This document shows positions 18,798 to 27,583 of a DNA stretch of 64,000 nucleotides, one piece after another. Every line of letters begins with the position of its first letter. The first letter of the stretch is position 1. Both the position numbers and the translations under genes were made by a program. The stretch is from Planctomycetota bacterium (lineage in GTDB: Bacteria > Planctomycetota > PUPC01 > DSUN01): the NCBI GenBank assembly GCA_035527715.1, contig DATKZY010000096.1:4350-68349 (forward strand), in the 5' to 3' direction. The notes under the pieces were generated by a model. It worked only from the letters and a program-made list of their open reading frames with translations, did no database searches and was not told the DNA's origin.

Positions 18798-19166
18798 GCG
18801 GGGCGCCTGGGTGGGCCGCTCCGGGCGATCGCTTGAGGCGGATGAGCCAGATTTGACACCCGTCTATGGGCTTGCACCCCTGGGCCAGGAGAGATGCTTC
18901 GCTTCGCTCAGCATGACCGCGGTCGGCGCTGGCCTCGGGGCGTCGGGGTCGTTCGGGCAGCGTTCGGCGCGTGAGGCGGCTTGGGCAACACGCCCTATGG
19001 ACCCCGGTCGAGGCGGGGTGAAGCGGTGCGGGAGGAGGCGCTGCAATGGATGCCAACCGCGCATCGCCCGGGTTGGCATTCATTGCGGGGCGGGCGTCGC
19101 GGAGGACTTGCCCGGCCCCCAGACGCAGTTCCGCACGGGGAAGCGCAGGCATCCCGCGGCTGCTCC

Positions 19167-20891
19167 TCAGGGCTTCGGTTCCTGGAGCTGACGGGCGAGG
19201 GCGCCGACGGCGGCGTGGTCGGCAAGCGAGCGAGCGAGGGGTTGGGCGCGCTCCAGCGCGGCCCGGGCGGCGTCGCGACGGCCGAGGGCGAGCTCCGCGC
19301 GGCCGAGGGCGAGCCAGGGCTCCAGGCGCTCGGGAGCCAGCTCCGTGCTGCGGCGATAGCCTTCGGCGGCCTCGGCGAGGCGTCCCAGGGCCTCGAGGGC
19401 GCGCCCGAGCGCGAGGTGGCCCTCGGCCGCCTTCGGGTCGAGCTGGATGGCGCGGCGGAAGCACTCGATGGCGCGGTAGAAGCGCCGCTGGCTGTGGTGC
19501 CAGTGGCCGCAGGCGAGGTGCACCTGGGGATTCGCGGGGTCGAGCTGGAGCGCGCGCGCGAAGTCGCGCTGGGCGCCCGTCTCGTCGCGGCGGCTGGCGG
19601 CAAAGGCGGCGAGGCGCAGGCGCACGGCCGGGTCGTCGGGGTGGCGGCTCGCCGCTTCGGCCAGCTCGGCCAGCGCCAGGGCCACGTCGCCGTGGTGCGC
19701 GTAGGCGTCCACCAGGCGCCCGTGGGTGACGGCCGAGCGGTCGCCGAGGTCGAGCGCGCGCTGGTAGGCCCGCGCGGCGTCGCCGAACTGGCCCGCGACC
19801 ATCAGCGCGTCGCCCAGCAGGCGGCGGGCGAGCGGGCTGTCGAGGTCCAGCTCCATCGTCTCCCGGTGCAGGGCCACGGCGCGCTCGGGCTGGCCGAGGC
19901 CCACGTAGGCGTCTCCGAGCAGGGCGCGGGCCTCCATCTGGAGCGGCTCGCGCTTCACCACGCCGTCGAGCACCGCGATGGCCGCCTCGCACTGCCCGCC
20001 GCGGACCAGCGCCGCGCCGAGGCAGAGCTGGCCGGCGAGCGACTGCGGCTCGGCTTCGAGGCCCCGCCGCGCCTCGGCGAGGGCGTCGTCGGTGCGGCCG
20101 ACGGCGAGCAGGCAGGCCGAGAGCTCGAAGCGCAGCGGCGTCCGCTTCGGGTCGCGTGCGAGCAGCTCCGCGAGCAACGCGACGGCCTGCGCGGCCCGGC
20201 CGGTCACGCGCGCGACCCAGGCGAGGCCGCGGCGCGCGGCGAGAGCCGTTTCGGGCACCCCGCTGAGTTCGCGGAACGTGGGTTCGGCCTCCTCGGGCTT
20301 GCCGTTGGCGGCCAGTGCGGTGGCCAGGGCGAGGCGCGCGTGCGGGTCGTCGGGGAACCGCTTTGCGGCGAGCCGGGCCTGGTCGAGCGCCGCCTCGGGG
20401 CGGCCCGCCTGCTGCTGGAGCGCGGCCAGGTTGACGCAGGCCGCGGGATCGCTGGGGTCGGCGCGGATGGCGCGCTGGTACGTGCGCTCGGCCGCGCGGA
20501 GGCGCCCCGCGGCGGCATAGGCGGCGGCGAGGTTGTTGAGGTAAGCGGCTGGCGGGCGCCCGCGGCTGGCGCGGCGGAAGCGGGCGACGGCCTCCTCGAC
20601 GCGTCGCTCCTCGTAGGCGATCAGCCCCAGGCCGTTGTGGGCGGCGGCGAGGTGCGGCGCATCGCCGAGGGCAAGCCGGTAGAGGCGTTGGGCCTCGGCT
20701 CGACGCCCCGCCTCGAGCGCGTGCAGCGCCTCGTCGGCCCGGCGGGCCGCCCGCTCGCGCGCGGCCCGACGGGCCGGCGAGGAGCAGCCGCAGAGCGCGA
20801 GCACCGCAAGGAGCGCCAGCCAACGCCGCGCAGGGGATTCAGGACTCAGGGCTTCGGCGCGGGCGCGCTGTCTCCACTCCGCAATCCGCAT
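19167..20891 (-). CDS. TPR-repeat lipoprotein
   Basis: Start MRIAEWRQRA, with a lipobox-like LAVLALCGCSS, followed by at least 12 TPR-like repeats (AxxxxGxALxxxGRxxEAxxxYxRALxLDP pattern). The real frame lies inside the much longer shadow ORF 19167-21614. Confidence 0.7.
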   Translation of the reverse strand: MRIAEWRQRARAEALSPESPARRWLALLAVLALCGCSSPARRAARERAARRADEALHALEAGRRAEAQRLYRLALGDAPHLAAAHNGLGLIAYEERRVEEAVARFRRASRGRPPAAYLNNLAAAYAAAGRLRAAERTYQRAIRADPSDPAACVNLAALQQQAGRPEAALDQARLAAKRFPDDPHARLALATALAANGKPEEAEPTFRELSGVPETALAARRGLAWVARVTGRAAQAVALLAELLARDPKRTPLRFELSACLLAVGRTDDALAEARRGLEAEPQSLAGQLCLGAALVRGGQCEAAIAVLDGVVKREPLQMEARALLGDAYVGLGQPERAVALHRETMELDLDSPLARRLLGDALMVAGQFGDAARAYQRALDLGDRSAVTHGRLVDAYAHHGDVALALAELAEAASRHPDDPAVRLRLAAFAASRRDETGAQRDFARALQLDPANPQVHLACGHWHHSQRRFYRAIECFRRAIQLDPKAAEGHLALGRALEALGRLAEAAEGYRRSTELAPERLEPWLALGRAELALGRRDAARAALERAQPLARSLADHAAVGALARQLQEPKP

Positions 20892-20916
20892 TCCGCAGTT
20901 CGCAATCCTGAGGGGG

Positions 20917-22044
20917 CTACTTGCCGGGGTAGCTCTCGAACTTGGCGATGAGCCGCCAGAGGCCCTGCACCTCGCCGCGGTGGAAGCACTGCTCGGGGTA
21001 CCAGCTATTGAGGGGGCGCAGCCGCACGACGTTATTGGCGTCGAAGAAGACCTGGCGGAGGGCGCTGCCCTCGCGGGTGACGACGAAGGCGAGGTCGCCG
21101 CTGCGCGCCGGCACGTTGGGCGAGAAGACCACCACGTCGCCCCGGTCGAACGACGGCGCGCCGCTGTGCCGCATCGTGTTGTCGTGGATTTCCAGGGCGA
21201 AGGCATCGCGGTCGGTGATGCCGGGCAGGAGGAGCTGGCCCTTGGGCGCGCCGCGCAGGAGGAGCCCCGCGTCGGCCTTCGTCTCGATGCCGGCGATGAG
21301 GTCGTAGAGGGGGACGGACGCCGGGGGCTCGGGCCTCGACGGCTCCTGGGCCTCGGGCGCGGCCTCGGCTCGGGGGAGGGGCGGCGGCGCGGACTCGGCC
21401 TCCTTCGGCGCTCCCTCGACGGCGGGCGCCTCCTCCTCCGGGGGGGCCGGCGGCGTCTCGGCAGCCGCGGGCGCATCAGGGCCGGCGACGGGAGCGGGCG
21501 GCGCCGACGGCTCGGCCGGCACGCCCGGCGGCGGCGTCTCGCCGCTGGGGGCCTCGGCGGGGGCTGGCGAGGGCTCGCCCTCCGCCGCGTCGTCGTAGAC
21601 CCGGGGCAGCTCACCCGCCGCGGGCGGCTCGATATGGAGTGGGAACCGCCGCGCGAGGGCCGCCTCCATCTCGCGCTTGCGCTGGTCGGGCACCGACCAG
21701 TGGCGCTCCTCGAGCGAGCGCAGCAGGCTGATGTCCTCCGCCGACGGGCTCAGGAAGCGCACGCCCATGCGGTACGAGCTGCGGTCGGCGACGCGCTTCG
21801 CCCACACGACCTCGCCGTGCGCGATCAGCGCCCGGAAGGCGCTGGGGATGATCACCTTCAGGTCCAGCCGCTGCCCGACCTCGTACAGATCGTCGCTGAC
21901 GAACTGGAGCCCTGCGACCGACAGGTCAATGAGGGGGGAAACCTTGGGCGCGCCCTTGAAGAACGACAGGGCCGCATGCTTGCGGTACTCGACCGTGGAG
22001 TCCTCGACCGCAAAACGCCGGTTTCGTCTGCCGCGTATCGGCAT
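20917..22044 (-). CDS. PilZ domain protein fused to a LexA/S24-peptidase-like C-terminal domain whose catalytic residues appear substituted
   Basis: PilZ motifs RGRRNRRF (RxxxR) and DLSVAGLQF (DxSxxG). A Pro/Ala/Glu-rich linker follows, then an S24-like block IHDNTMRHSGAPSFDRGDVVVF (GDSM -> DNTM) and VVRLRP where LexA has the catalytic Lys (K -> R). The start MPIRGRRNRRF corresponds to a CAT at 22042-22044. Confidence 0.65.
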   Translation of the reverse strand: MPIRGRRNRRFAVEDSTVEYRKHAALSFFKGAPKVSPLIDLSVAGLQFVSDDLYEVGQRLDLKVIIPSAFRALIAHGEVVWAKRVADRSSYRMGVRFLSPSAEDISLLRSLEERHWSVPDQRKREMEAALARRFPLHIEPPAAGELPRVYDDAAEGEPSPAPAEAPSGETPPPGVPAEPSAPPAPVAGPDAPAAAETPPAPPEEEAPAVEGAPKEAESAPPPLPRAEAAPEAQEPSRPEPPASVPLYDLIAGIETKADAGLLLRGAPKGQLLLPGITDRDAFALEIHDNTMRHSGAPSFDRGDVVVFSPNVPARSGDLAFVVTREGSALRQVFFDANNVVRLRPLNSWYPEQCFHRGEVQGLWRLIAKFESYPGK

Positions 22045-22138
22045 GCCCTCTGCCCTCCGTCGCGGCTCAGCAGCCGCGGACAGCCCGCCCGATGCCCCAT
22101 TATTGTAGTGCTGGCCGCGGCGCGTGTCAATAGCAGCC

Positions 22139-22166
22139 TTGACGTTTGCGGGCGCGCCACTATAAT
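22139..22166 (+). promoter_or_regulatory. Strong sigma70-like promoter: TTGACG, 16-nt spacer, TATAAT
   Basis: TTGACG at 22139-22144 and consensus TATAAT at 22161-22166, in the divergent intergenic region between the PilZ gene and the GspE-like ATPase. Confidence 0.65.
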
Positions 22167-22197
22167 CAGGGTGTTCCCACGGGTAGGGGCAACGACA

Positions 22198-23259
22198 GTG
22201 GAGCGCTCTGCGCCCGAAGTGCTCGAGGAGCTGGTGCGATGCGCCGAGGCCGGCGGCGCCAGCGACATCCACCTCCACAGGGGGCCGGAGCGCACCGAGG
22301 TGGCCTTCCGCCTCGACGGCTGCCTGGCCCGCGTGGAGGCCCTGCCCGACGAATTGGCCCGGCACGTCTTCGGGCGCATCAAGTACCTCGCCCGGCTGAA
22401 GACCTACCAGGAGTCGCTCCCCCAGGAGGGGCGGATCGAGAAGGCCAACCTCGGGGCGCGGAGCGACGTCCGCGTGGCCACGTACCCCACCGTGACGGGC
22501 GAGAAGATCGTCCTGCGGCTCTTCTCGTCGTGCGAGGTGCTGGCCCTCGAGCAGCTCGGCCTGCGACCCGACGCCCGGGCGGCCCTCGAGGGCTTCCTGG
22601 CCCGCCCCGCCGGCACGCTGCTGCTGACCGGGCCGGCCGGCAGCGGCAAGACCACCACCATCTACGCCTGCCTCCAGCACCTGGCCGCCCGCACCGGCCG
22701 CCACATCATCACCATCGAGGACCCCGTCGAGCAGGTGGTCCCCGGCGTGATGCAGACCGAGGTGAACCCGGCGGTGGGCCTCGACTTCGCCAAGGCGGCG
22801 CGGCACCTGCTGCGCCAGGACCCCCAGGTGCTGGTCCTCGGCGAAATCCGCGACGAGGAGACCGCCAACCTCGCGCTCCGGGCCGCCTTCACCGGCCACA
22901 TGGTCATCTCCACCCTCCACGCCGGGTCGTGCCGGGGCGTGTTCGAGCGCCTGTTCGGCATGTGCGACGACCGCTACGCCGCCATCGCCGCCGTCGAGAT
23001 GATTCTCAACCAGCGCCTCGTCCGAAAGCTCTGCCCCCAGTGCGGCGGGGAGGGCTGCGACGCCTGCCTCCGCACCGGCTACCGGGGCCGCGTGCCCGCC
23101 GTCGAGTGGCTGGCGCTGGACGAGTCGCTGCGGGCGCGGCTCCGCGAGCAGGGCGCCGCCGCCGCGGCCCCGACGCCGCCCCTGGAGGCGGAGGGGCGGC
23201 GCCTCGTCGCCCAGGGCATCACCAACGAAGCCGAATATGCGAGGGTCTTCGGGCCGTGA
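22198..23259 (+). CDS. GspE/PilB-family secretion ATPase, core domain only (no N-terminal N1E/N2E domains), with a C-terminal CxxC...CxxC
   Basis: ASDIHLHRG (compare ASDIHIEP), Walker A LLLTGPAGSGKTTT, Asp box, Walker B VLVLGEIRDEE and His box TGHMVISTLHAG are all present. The GTG at 22198 lies about 30 nt past the -10 box; the start is uncertain and an in-frame GTG at 22171 is the alternative. Confidence 0.8.
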   Translation: MERSAPEVLEELVRCAEAGGASDIHLHRGPERTEVAFRLDGCLARVEALPDELARHVFGRIKYLARLKTYQESLPQEGRIEKANLGARSDVRVATYPTVTGEKIVLRLFSSCEVLALEQLGLRPDARAALEGFLARPAGTLLLTGPAGSGKTTTIYACLQHLAARTGRHIITIEDPVEQVVPGVMQTEVNPAVGLDFAKAARHLLRQDPQVLVLGEIRDEETANLALRAAFTGHMVISTLHAGSCRGVFERLFGMCDDRYAAIAAVEMILNQRLVRKLCPQCGGEGCDACLRTGYRGRVPAVEWLALDESLRARLREQGAAAAAPTPPLEAEGRRLVAQGITNEAEYARVFGP

Positions 23260-24251
23260 AGCACGACGAATTCGCCTTCTTCAACGAGCAACTCGCCCAC
23301 ATGCTCCGCGACGGCATTCCGCTGGAGGGCGCCATGGCGGCGCTTTGCCGCAGCATGCGGCGCGGCCGGCTGCGGGCCGAGCTGGACGCCTTGCGGGCCG
23401 CCCTCGCCAGCGGCACGCCCATCGAGGAGGCGCTCGCGAGCCGCCGCCTGCCGACCCTCTACACGAGCATGGTCAAGGTCGGCGTCAAGGCCAACAACCT
23501 CCCCGCCGTCCTCACGCGGCTGGCCGACCACTACCGCGAGACGGGCGCCGTGTGGGCGCGGCTCAAGGGCCTGCTCGTCTACCCCGCGCTCGTCCTGGCG
23601 CTGGCGTTGGGCGTCTCGGTGTTCCTGGCGCTCTACCTGGGGCCGGCGTTCGCCGAGTTCGCTGAGGATAGCGGCTTCCTCAGTCTCGGGGGCGGTTCGT
23701 CCCTCCTGGGCGTGCGGCTCGTGGCCGCGCCGGCGATCGTGGCCGGGCTGCTGGTGGCCCTGGTGGCGGCGCTCGCGCTGCGGCCGGTGCGGCGGTGGCT
23801 GCGGTGGCGCCTGTCGCCGCTCAAGGAGGCCAGCCTGGCGCAACTGGCGTCGGGCCTGGCCTTGATGCTCCGCGGCGGGTGCAGCCTGGCCGATGCCGTG
23901 GCCCTTCAGCGCGAGCTCGAGGGGCGCACCCTGGCGGGGGCCGACCTCGCCCGCATCGGCGAGCGCCTGGCCGACGGCGCCACGCACTTCAGCGAGATGG
24001 CCGAGGACGCCGTGGCGCTCCCGCGGCTGTTCGTGTGGATGGTCGAGAACGCCGGCGAGGACATGGCGGGCGGCTTCGAGCGTGCCGCGCTGCTCTACCG
24101 CACGCGCGCCGGCCATCGCACCGAGATGCTCCTCTACGCCGCGCTCCCGTGCTCGATCCTGGTGCTGGGCGGCATGCTCCTCGCCCAGGTCTCCGCGGTC
24201 CTCCTGCCGCTCATCGAGCTGATGCGGCAGATCGGCGGGGGTGGAATGTGA
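23256..24251 (+). CDS. Type II secretion system F-family (GspF/PilC-like) inner-membrane protein 1
   Basis: GTG start that overlaps the GspE stop as GTGA. The N-terminus FFNEQLAHMLRDGIPLEGAM resembles the T2SSF domain, and three TM segments are predicted. Confidence 0.75.
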   Translation: MKHDEFAFFNEQLAHMLRDGIPLEGAMAALCRSMRRGRLRAELDALRAALASGTPIEEALASRRLPTLYTSMVKVGVKANNLPAVLTRLADHYRETGAVWARLKGLLVYPALVLALALGVSVFLALYLGPAFAEFAEDSGFLSLGGGSSLLGVRLVAAPAIVAGLLVALVAALALRPVRRWLRWRLSPLKEASLAQLASGLALMLRGGCSLADAVALQRELEGRTLAGADLARIGERLADGATHFSEMAEDAVALPRLFVWMVENAGEDMAGGFERAALLYRTRAGHRTEMLLYAALPCSILVLGGMLLAQVSAVLLPLIELMRQIGGGGM

Positions 24252-24261
24252 GTGCACGCCC

Positions 24262-25560
24262 ATGATGCCCGTGGCCTGCCCCCTGGCGCCGCCCGCCTTC
24301 ATTCACCCATACACCACGGTCGTGGTCACCGACGGGCTTCTGGCCCTCCTGAAGGTGCTCCTGTGGGTGTTCGTCACGGTCGTGGTGCCGTACGTGGTCT
24401 ATCGCCTCATGTCGCTGCCGCTGCGGCGGCAGGAGCGGGCGCGGCTGTTCCTCGACGTGCTGGAGAGCGCCGTGGCGCGCGGCAAGAGCGCGGAGGAGGC
24501 GCTCGTGTCGCTCGCCGCGATCGAGCCGCTCGGCGTGCTGGCGCGGTTCGGGTGGCTCGGCGCCCTGCTCTTCCGCTGGCCGTATCACCTCTTCTGCGGC
24601 GTGTTCGGCATCCGGCGCGACGAGGTGGTGTTCGGCAGGGGCGTCCGCAACGTCGGCGAGCGGCTGATGAACGGCGTGCCGCTGCACGAGGCGGTCGAGC
24701 CGCGCGACAACCTGCTGCCCGCCCAGGTGATCGCCACGCTGCGCGTGGGCGGCGAGGTGGGCGACCTCACGAAGGTGCTGCCGGCGTGCCGGCAGGTGCT
24801 GGCCGACGCGGCCTCGCGCACGCGGGCCGCGATGAACTACCTGGCGCTGATGCTCATCGGCGCCTCGTTCCTGGCGCTGCCCGTGCTCGCCTGGATGAGC
24901 CTCCGCGTGACCCCCCTGTTCGAGGAGATGATGGGGGACATGCGGTTCTCGATGCCGCCGGTCTTCGGCCTCCTGCGGGGGCCGGGGGACTACCCGTGGG
25001 TCTTCCTCGCCATGCTCGCCGTGGCAGCCGTGCTGTTCGTCGGGGCGCTGCTCTACATGGGCGGGCCGAGGCTCGTGCGGGCGCTGCGGCTGGGCCCGGC
25101 CGCGGGCTGGCTCCAGTACCACCTGCCCTGGCGGCGGAAACGGCTCCAGCGCGACTTCTCGGCCATGCTCGCCATCCTGCTCGACGCCGGGGCGCCTGAG
25201 CCCGACGCCGTGGCGAAGGCGGCCCAGAGCACGGCCAACCCGCTTCTCCTCCGCCGCGCGACGCGGGCCACGCTGGCGATGAAGCGGGGCGACCCGCTCA
25301 CCGAGGCCGTGGCGCGGCTGGACGACTCGGGCGAGTTCCGCTGGCGCCTGGCCAACGCCGCACACGTGGGCACCGGCTTCGCCGAGGCCCTGGCCGGCTG
25401 GCAGCAGTCGCTCGACGCCCGGGCCTTTCAGCAGGAGCAGGCCGCGGCGCACGTGATCACCAGCGCGATCACGCTCGTCAACGGCCTGGTCGTGGCCCTC
25501 GTGGCCCTTGGAGTGTTCCAGTGCCTCATGACCGTCATCAACGCGTGTCTGCCCTGGTGA
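24262..25560 (+). CDS. Type II secretion system F-family (GspF/PilC-like) protein 2
   Basis: Start MMPVACPLAPP, with GTG 24241 as the alternative start. TM helices alternate with cytoplasmic T2SSF-like helical bundles (LPAQVIATLRVGGEVGDLTKVL). Confidence 0.7.
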   Translation: MMPVACPLAPPAFIHPYTTVVVTDGLLALLKVLLWVFVTVVVPYVVYRLMSLPLRRQERARLFLDVLESAVARGKSAEEALVSLAAIEPLGVLARFGWLGALLFRWPYHLFCGVFGIRRDEVVFGRGVRNVGERLMNGVPLHEAVEPRDNLLPAQVIATLRVGGEVGDLTKVLPACRQVLADAASRTRAAMNYLALMLIGASFLALPVLAWMSLRVTPLFEEMMGDMRFSMPPVFGLLRGPGDYPWVFLAMLAVAAVLFVGALLYMGGPRLVRALRLGPAAGWLQYHLPWRRKRLQRDFSAMLAILLDAGAPEPDAVAKAAQSTANPLLLRRATRATLAMKRGDPLTEAVARLDDSGEFRWRLANAAHVGTGFAEALAGWQQSLDARAFQQEQAAAHVITSAITLVNGLVVALVALGVFQCLMTVINACLPW

Positions 25561-25916
25561 GAGGGCGCCGCTCGGGGTTCGCCCTGATCGAGCTGACGGT
25601 CGCCGTGGGCGTCCTGGCGGTCGTGATGGCGGCGTTCGCCGTCGCCTGCCACACCGACCAGCAGGCCCTCCGCGCGAACTACTACCGGGCCATCGCCATC
25701 GAGATCGTGGACGGCGAGATGGAGGCGCTGGTCGCGGGCGAATGGCGCGCGGTTCCCGAGGGCGCCCACGCCTACCCGGTGCGCGCCGACGCCGCACGGA
25801 ACCTGCCCGACGGGCGTTTCACCCTCACCCTCGCGGGGCGGCACCTGCGCCTCGAATGGGCGCCCGCGCGCTCCGGCAACGGCGGATGCGTCGTCAGGGA
25901 GGCCGAGGTCCGATGA
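25557..25916 (+). CDS. Pseudopilin with a prepilin-type N-terminal cleavage/methylation motif
   Basis: RRSGFALIELTVAVGVLAVV is the classic GF-x-LIE type IV pilin class III signal. Its start overlaps the upstream stop as GTGA. Confidence 0.7.
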   Translation: MRGRRSGFALIELTVAVGVLAVVMAAFAVACHTDQQALRANYYRAIAIEIVDGEMEALVAGEWRAVPEGAHAYPVRADAARNLPDGRFTLTLAGRHLRLEWAPARSGNGGCVVREAEVR

Positions 25917-26395
25917 ACGTCGCACGCTCATCCCGCCGCGGCTTGACCCTCATCGAGCTGCTCGTCTACATGGGCGTGCTCACCATCGTCGTCGGGGTCG
26001 CCTGGCTCGTCTACTACCGGTGCATCGAGCACTCGCTCGGCGTGCTGCGAAACGTGGACGACATCACCCGCGCGCTCAAGTCGGGCGAGCGGTGGCGGAC
26101 CGAGGTCCGCCGTGCCACGGCCCCGCCGCGGCTGGTGGACGGCGTGCTGCACGTCGCCACGCCTGACGGCGACGTGCTGTTCAAGTTCGCCGGCGACGCC
26201 GTGCTGCGGAAGGGGGCCGCGGAGGCCAGGTGGGCGCCCTTCCTCCCGAAGGTCAAGGCATCCAGGATGCAGCTCGACGAGGGCAAGCACGTCAGCTCGT
26301 GGCGCTGGGAGGTGGAGCTGGAGAGCAGGGCGAAGGCGGGCATCCGCCCCCTGTTCTCGTTCCGCGCGGTGCCGAGCGGCCGCGCGCCGAGGTGA
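25913..26395 (+). CDS. Second pseudopilin with a prepilin-type N-terminal motif
   Basis: RRGLTLIELLVYMGVLTIVVGVAWLVYY. Its ATG overlaps the upstream stop as ATGA. Confidence 0.7.
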   Translation: MNVARSSRRGLTLIELLVYMGVLTIVVGVAWLVYYRCIEHSLGVLRNVDDITRALKSGERWRTEVRRATAPPRLVDGVLHVATPDGDVLFKFAGDAVLRKGAAEARWAPFLPKVKASRMQLDEGKHVSSWRWEVELESRAKAGIRPLFSFRAVPSGRAPR

Positions 26396-26398
26396 CCC

Positions 26399-26593
26399 AT
26401 GCTCGAGGGAAAACGCAGGCGGACCCGGCGACGCAGGGGCGTGGGCCTGATCGTGGTCCTCGTGCTCATGGCCGTCACGGCCACCTACGTGTTCACGAAC
26501 GCCGCGGCGCTCCACAGGCTCAAGAGCTACCTCGACCTCGTCGAGCGGCAGCACAGGGCGCGGCACGCGACGCCCCCGCCCGCCAGGCCGTGA
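26399..26593 (+). CDS. Small single-TM protein (64 aa), possibly a minor T2SS-module component
   Basis: ATG 3 bp after the pseudopilin stop. Basic N-terminus plus one TM helix (GVGLIVVLVLMAVTATYVF). Confidence 0.4.
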   Translation: MLEGKRRRTRRRRGVGLIVVLVLMAVTATYVFTNAAALHRLKSYLDLVERQHRARHATPPPARP

Positions 26594-26602
26594 CGGCGGC
26601 CC

Positions 26603-27565
26603 TCACCTCGCGAACGACACAGGCGTCCCCACCCGGATCATCTTCGCCAGCCGCAGCGCGTCCCAGTTCGTCAGCCGGAAGCAGCCGTGCGAGCCGGTCT
26701 TGCCAATCATCTCCGGCATCGGCGTGCCGTGCATGCCGTAGCCCGGCAGGCTCAGGCCGATCCAGCACAGGCCCACGGGGTTCCGCGGGCCGGGCGGGAT
26801 GGTGAGCTTCTGCGTCACGTCCTTCACCTCCGGCCACATCTTCGGGTCGAAGGTGTAGCTCGGGTTCTCCGAGACGACGAGCACGGTGGCCTGGCCCGAG
26901 GGCAGCTTCTCCTTGTCCGTGGCGATCGAGCAGTGGAAGAGGGCGACGGCCTCGCCCGTCTTGCCCCGCGCGCGGATGACCTTCTCGGCCAGGTTGATCT
27001 CGAGGGACTCCGCGCGGGTGGAGGGCGGGGCCTCCGCCACGGCGGGCACCTGAAGGCTCTCGCCGGCCTTGAGCTGGGCGATTTCCTTGCCGGGGTTCAG
27101 CCGCGCCAGCAGCGCCCGCGTGCAGTGGAACTCCTCGGCGAGCACCTCGTCGAGGGAAGGGTACGGGAGACGCTGGAGCTTGCTCTTCTCCAGCCAGGTG
27201 TGTGGCAGCGGCCCCACGGCGGCCAGGTCGCTCGCCTGCACCGTGTAGGCCGCCAGCGCCTTGTCGGGCTCCACGCCGAGGGCCTCGGCGGTCTTGGCGT
27301 CGAGGCCACCCGTGGCGGGCAGGCCGCGGGCGCGCTGGAACTCCTGCGTCCCCAGCCGCCCCTTGGGGCCCACCTTGCCGTCGAGGATGCCGCCCGAGAA
27401 GCCCACGCGGTCCAGCGCGATCTGCCAGGCCAGGTGCGTGCGCCACTCCTCGGCCGGCGCCGCCGCGCCGCCCGCCGCCGAGGCGAGAAGCAGAAGGATG
27501 GTCAGAGGCCCACTCACGCGCTGCTCCACAAAGTCCGACGCGCGCAATCCCTGCGCACGCAACAT
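26603..27565 (-). CDS. L,D-transpeptidase (YkuD domain) with a peptidoglycan-binding-like N-terminal region
   Basis: The YkuD catalytic block is present, including HGTPMPEMIGKTGSHGCFRLTNWDALRL with the catalytic Cys in SHGC. Confidence 0.8.
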   Translation of the reverse strand: MLRAQGLRASDFVEQRVSGPLTILLLLASAAGGAAAPAEEWRTHLAWQIALDRVGFSGGILDGKVGPKGRLGTQEFQRARGLPATGGLDAKTAEALGVEPDKALAAYTVQASDLAAVGPLPHTWLEKSKLQRLPYPSLDEVLAEEFHCTRALLARLNPGKEIAQLKAGESLQVPAVAEAPPSTRAESLEINLAEKVIRARGKTGEAVALFHCSIATDKEKLPSGQATVLVVSENPSYTFDPKMWPEVKDVTQKLTIPPGPRNPVGLCWIGLSLPGYGMHGTPMPEMIGKTGSHGCFRLTNWDALRLAKMIRVGTPVSFAR

Positions 27566-27583
27566 TATACCGCCGGGGCGCCG

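Noticed and set aside
18183-19166. Attempted to identify tmRNA (tag peptide ...ANDNYALAA), RNase P RNA (GGAAAGTCCGGGCTCC), SRP RNA, or a cobalamin riboswitch in the noncoding island
   Set aside because: None of the hallmark conserved boxes could be found by eye. The region is reported only as an unclassified structured region.
20880-20891. The 11-mer CCGCAATCCGCA is shared between the TPR gene start region and 62480-62491
   Set aside because: Only two copies, both translated in different contexts, so a chance match in GC-rich DNA is the likely explanation.
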